Positions 38,101-44,100 of a stretch of DNA of 64,000 bases are shown here, piece by piece. The stretch's first letter is position 1. Every line of letters begins with the position of its first letter. Position numbers and translations under genes: made by a program. The notes beneath the pieces were generated by a model that searched no databases, had not been told where the DNA came from, and saw only the letters and a program-made list of their open reading frames with translations. The DNA lies in the NCBI GenBank assembly GCA_017501645.1, contig JAFVWN010000025.1, forward strand, positions 438 through 64,437. The letters are read 5' to 3'. This stretch comes from Clostridia bacterium. Its GTDB lineage: Bacteria; Bacillota; Clostridia; Christensenellales; UBA1242.

Positions 38101-41100
38101 ACTGGCAACAAAGTTACATTAACTGCAAATAGAGAAATCTACGCTAAGTTCACAGCAACTCAATATACATTGACATTAAATGCAATGTATCAAAGTGCTA
38201 AGAACGCAACAGAGTTAAATGCTCTTGCTAAAGATGATACTGGAAACATTGTTTCTGTAAGTGGTGCAGGTAATTACTACTTCGACCAAGTAATCACTCT
38301 TACTGCTGATGCAGAGGCAGATGGTTACACATTCAATGGTTGGTTCACTTCTGCTGATTGCATCGGTACTCCTGTATGCGCAACTGAAGAATATGAATAC
38401 ACAACAACTAAAGCAGATGTAACACTTTGGGCTAAATATACTCAAACTCAATATACAGTTACTGTTGTTGAGAAAGTATCTGGAGGCACAAATGTTAATG
38501 GCTTAACTGCTCCATATGTAACAATTGACACAATTGATACAGCTTCTGCTACCGTATACTACGGAAAGACTAGAGAACTTAAAGCTGTTTATAACAGCAC
38601 ACAATTTGTATTTGGCGGTTGGTTCGCAGATGAGGCTTGTGCTAATTCTCTTGGAACTGGAACAACATACTCTCCAACAATCACTTCAAATACAACAATC
38701 TATGCTAAGTTCACTCAAGCTCAATATACATTAACTGCTAAATCAGTTTACACTTCTGGTGATATGATTAGTAGCAACACTAATGCTACTGAGGGTGTTA
38801 TCGGTGGTACTGTAGCTGGTGCAGGTACAGTGTACTATGGATTAACATTGACACTTACTGCAACCCCTGCTACTGGATACTCATTTATTGGTTGGTATAA
38901 CGGCGGAACAACTATTGCTCCAAGTGAAACTGGCACAAACGCACTATCTACTGAAGATAGTTACACTGTAACAATGACTGCTGATAAGACAATTCTTGGT
39001 TACTTCAAGGCTAATAATTACACAATCACTGTTGTAACTATGACTCAAGAAGAAAACAATGGTGGAATTACACAAACTACAAATGGTTGGGCAGGTTCTT
39101 CTACATCAACAACATTTGTAACTAGTGCAACTTACCGTTACAAACTAAGCAATGTTAAACTTGGTAAAGTTTCAGGCACAACTTGGAACGAAAACGAGTA
39201 CAGCTTCGTTGGTTACTATACTGATGCAGATTGTACAGCTCAATTCAGTAATGATATTAACGCATCAATTGAAATTACTGAAAACAAGACTTACTACGCA
39301 TTATTCTCAAGAGCAAGCTTCACAGTTACTGCTGTTGAAAAATACAAACAATCTAAGAATGTTAACACTCTTGGTGACTTAAAGACTGGTAATACAGCTG
39401 GTACAGTAAGTGCAACAACTACTACAGTTTACTATGGTAGTGATACAACTCTTACAGCAACAGCTAATGATGGTTACACATTCAAAGGTTGGTATTCTAA
39501 CAGTAATTGCTCAACAAGAATTACAACTAATACAAGTTATACTGTTTCTAATGTAACAAGCAATACTGAAGTGTTCGCTTACTTCGTTGAAACACCATAC
39601 ACTGTAGAATTAGTTGGTATGTATCAATCAGCAAAAGATGCTCAAAACTTGAACGCTCTTGCTAAAGATACAAGCGCTGTAGCAGGCACTGTTTCTACAA
39701 CAACTACTGCATACAACGATAATGATGGAGTTTCTGGATTCTTCGCTGGATACAACATCTCTATTGTAGCTGCTAATAAGACTGGCTATCACTTCGTTGC
39801 TTGGTACGACAATGAAGCTTGTACAAGCAATGTTGCAAATGAAGCTACTTCAGTTTACACAGTACAAACTTCTGGCAACAAATTGTATGCTAAGTTCGTA
39901 CAAAATCAATACACAGTTACTGCAACTGCAAGATTCCAAAAAGCAACAGCAGTAACAACACTTGCAGACCTTGCAACTGGAACTACTGGTGGTTCACTCG
40001 CTGGTTCTCCAGCTCTCAACAATGCTAGTGGTGTATATACTGTAGGTATCTATCACGGATTCTCAGTAACTCTTACAGCTACTGCAAATGCTGGCTACTC
40101 ATTCATTGGCTGGTATAATAATAGTAATTGTGACGAGGGTGAGGTAACTACTAACCCAAGAACAGTTACTGCAACTGCAAATGTAGAACTTTATGCTAAG
40201 TTTGTACACAAGTCTTACACAATTACTGGTACAGCAGCATATAAAGATTCTGCAACTATTAACACATTAAAAGACGCTGTTGTTGGAACAACAGGTGGAA
40301 CCATTTCTGGTGCTGGTGCTGTTTACCATAGTCAAAGCAGATCATTAACTGCAAATGCTAACTCAGGTTACACATTTGTTGGTTGGTATTCTAATAGTAC
40401 TTGCTCTACAGCTATCACATCTACTGGTATCTACTCAGTAAATGACAACATGTTGACAATTAGTGGAATGACTGACAATGTTACAGCTTATGCATTGTTT
40501 GTTAAGACACCATACACAATCTCTGCTGCTGCAAGATTTGATGATGGTTCATCAATAACAAGCACTAACGGATTGACAGGTTCATTCACTGGCGGAACTG
40601 CAACAATTAACACAACTGCATACTCAGGTTATGGATTAACTGGTTACTTCCCAGGATACACAATCTCAGCTACTGCTGTAGGTGTTAAGGATGCAAGCAA
40701 CAATGAAGTATTTAGATTCACAGGTTGGTATGATACATCTGCTTGTGATGGTACTGCATTAAGCACTTCTGCTTCATACACTAACTACTCTAAGAAGCCT
40801 TCTAATGAAACAATCTACGCATTGTTCACTCGTGTATCTTACACATTAACAATCAGCGCTAAGTATCAAGCTGCTACAAACGCAACTACTTATGCTAGCC
40901 TTGCATCAGGCGAAACTGGTGGTACAGTTTCTGGCGGTGGAAGTGCTCTCTACGGAGCAACTCAATCTGCAACAGCTTCTGCTGAGACAGGTTATACATT
41001 CGTTGGTTGGTACAATGCTTCAGGTGTTGAACTTGCAACAACTGCAACATACACACCTACAATGACAGCAGACTTAAGTATTTATGCTAAGTTTGTAATC

Positions 41101-44100
41101 AATAAAGTTGCTGTAACTCTTAACAGTATGTTTAGAGCTCCAAGCAGTGCAACTGCAATAGCAACTAACCCTACAGTTGGAACAACAGGTGGTTCTGTAG
41201 AATCAACAATGTTCACTGACCAAACTGTTCTATCTACAGCAAAGACAACTGTATCTCATGGTAAGACTGGTTATATCTTATATGGCACAGCTCCTACTAT
41301 TACAACAACTCCTGCTGACAACTACGCTCACGCAGGTAACTTCACAACGAGTGGCAACTCTTATACCGCATATGCTGGTGCAGGTATTACAAGTGCAACT
41401 GCAATTTACTCTAGATTTGATGCTCAAACTTATACAGTAAATGTTAAGGTTTACACTAGTGCAGTAACAACTGGCGGTGCAGGTACTGCAACTGAAAGTA
41501 CTACAGGTGGTACAGTAAGTCCAGTGACTAAGAACTTCTACATCTTTGGTGGTGCAAATGTTCTTGGCTCATTCACTACTACACCTAAGACTGCTAATGG
41601 TTATGTATTTGATGGTTGGTATAATTCAACAACATTCAATTCAGCTAATAAGATAACAACTTTTGCTGGAACTGAAGCTGGTGCTACTCATACAATCTAT
41701 GCATTATTTAGACCAGACACATTATCTGTAACAGTTACAGCTCTTGCTCAAAATGCGACTGGTAAATCAACACTTTCTACATCTCTAGTAGCTGGTGGTG
41801 GTACAGTAACAGGTTCAAGTACATCATATGCTTACGGACAATCTGTAACAGTAACTGCTCAAGCTAATACTGGTTATGTATTCAAGGGTTGGTATAGTGA
41901 TAGCACTTGTGCAACATTAAAATCTAATGATGCATCATACACATTCACATTGACAGCTACAACAAATCTATATGCTAAATTCGTAACAGCACAATATACA
42001 ATCACAACTGTTGTTCGTGGTGAAAATGCTTCAAGCCCAACAGCTTTAAGCGGAACTAAGAGCAATGGTGTTGGTGGTTCTATCACTGGTGCTGGAACAT
42101 ACTATATCGGTACAGGTTCTGCGTTCGAGGTAACTCTTGGTGCAACTCCTGATTCTGGATATAAGTTCATTAACTGGTACAGCAACGAAGATTGTAGTAA
42201 TACAACTTCAAATGTAATTACTTCTACAACTGCTGGTGCTTCTATTACAGTATACGGTTACTTCACAACAGGTACTTATACAGTAACATTTGACCCACAA
42301 GGTGGTTCTGTAACTCCAACAACTATGACTCTTTATAGACATACTGGAACAGTTGCAGTTCCAACAGCTACAAGAAGTGCTTACACATTTGCTGGTTGGT
42401 TCACTCAAACTGGCGGTGCTGGTGACCAAGTTACAAATGCTGTTGTTTCTGGTTATACAGATACAACATTCTACGCTCATTGGTATGCAAATATCAGTGT
42501 GACTGTAAACGGAATTAATAGAACTCCTGAATCAATGCACGGTTCAACAGTTACAACTCAAACATTAACTGCAGGTAACAACACTGCATCTGGTAATACA
42601 AATACTCTCAAGAGTATTACAGCTAAGACTGTAACAGGTTACACATTTGTAGGTTGGTACAGGTCAACAACAATTTCTTCTGCTAACTTATTAGGAAGCA
42701 ATGCTACTCTTAATATTACTAGCACAGGAAGCTTGACATACTACGCATACTACACACCAAATGCAACAACAGTGTCTATGAAAGTTTATTATCTCAATAA
42801 CACTGTATACACACAAGGTGTTACTGGTGGTAATGCAACAGTTAAGATTGGTTCAACAACTGTTACACCTTCTGGTTCAGATGGTGCATACACATTCACA
42901 ACTTACTATAATGGTGCTTATGTGATTACTGCAGCTGCTAACGCTAACTATGAGGCATATGGCTTCAACACTAATGCTACAGCTACACCAACTACTGCTA
43001 GCACAGTTGCTTCAAGCTATACATTAACTCAAAACGGTGCAGCTACTGCAAATAATGTACAAGTTCTATTTAGAGGTAAACAAATTACTGTTTCATTCAA
43101 TGCAAACGGTAAGACTGGCGTAACAATGCCAAGCAATGTAACTGTAAGATACGGTACTACTGCTACTGCTACTCTAAGCTTCAACGCTTATGCAGTAACT
43201 AACTATCAACATCTTGGATTTAACAAATCTTCATCTGCAACAACTGCATCAATTGCAAGAAGTGCTGTTACATCTAATGCTACAGTTTCATTCTTAGTAA
43301 ATACAGACAATGTTTCAATTTCTGGAACAAACGGTACTGTATATGCTGTATGGTCACAAGCTTATGTTTGGGCTGTTGCTAAGAACAGTTCTGGTACAGA
43401 ACTTGCTCTTGACTCATTTGTTCGTGGATACAATACTGTTGAAGCTGCTATCACAGCTATTAATGGTAACTCATCTGCTGCAAGTGGTATTGTTACAGTT
43501 GTTAAGAGTGTTGGTATGACAACTGCTGTTACAATTTCTAAACCAATTGACTTAACAGCAACTAATGCATCTAACACAATTACTGTTTCATCAACAGCTA
43601 ACTTCGTTGTTAACGCAACTCTCAATGTTTACGGCGTAACAATTGCTGGTACTACAACTGCTACTAACGGTTTATTTGATGTAAATGCCGCTACACTTAC
43701 ATTCGGTAAGTCTGGCACAACTACTACACTTTCTGGTGTAACTGCTACTAATATCTTCTTTGCAGACGCATCTACAAGTAAGGTAAATATTACAACAGCT
43801 ACAATCACAAGTTGTAAGACTGGTGCTAACGGTACTTATGGTTCAATTATTAACTTAACTAGTGGTGCAACTGGTACTATGACAAATACAACAATCTCTG
43901 GACATAACGCTGTAGGTGTTACAATGTTTAACATCAACGCAAGTACACTCACAGTTAGTGGTGGTACAATTGGTAGCACAACAAGTGCGAACACAGCATC
44001 AGGTTCAAGCTTTGAAGCTATCTTCTACAACACTAACGGTACATTAACTATTAGCAACTCAACAACTATCATCAGTAATGATTATAGAGTTGACTACGCT

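Noticed and set aside
11487-43625. About 30 antisense or off-frame ORFs of 60-124 aa inside the giant gene (e.g. 24640..25014, 29682..30011, 32704..32970).
   Set aside because: All lie inside the continuous 33-kb frame. They have low-complexity translations that mirror the repeat codon composition, and none has a recognisable SD or motif. They are by-products of a long, compositionally biased ORF.
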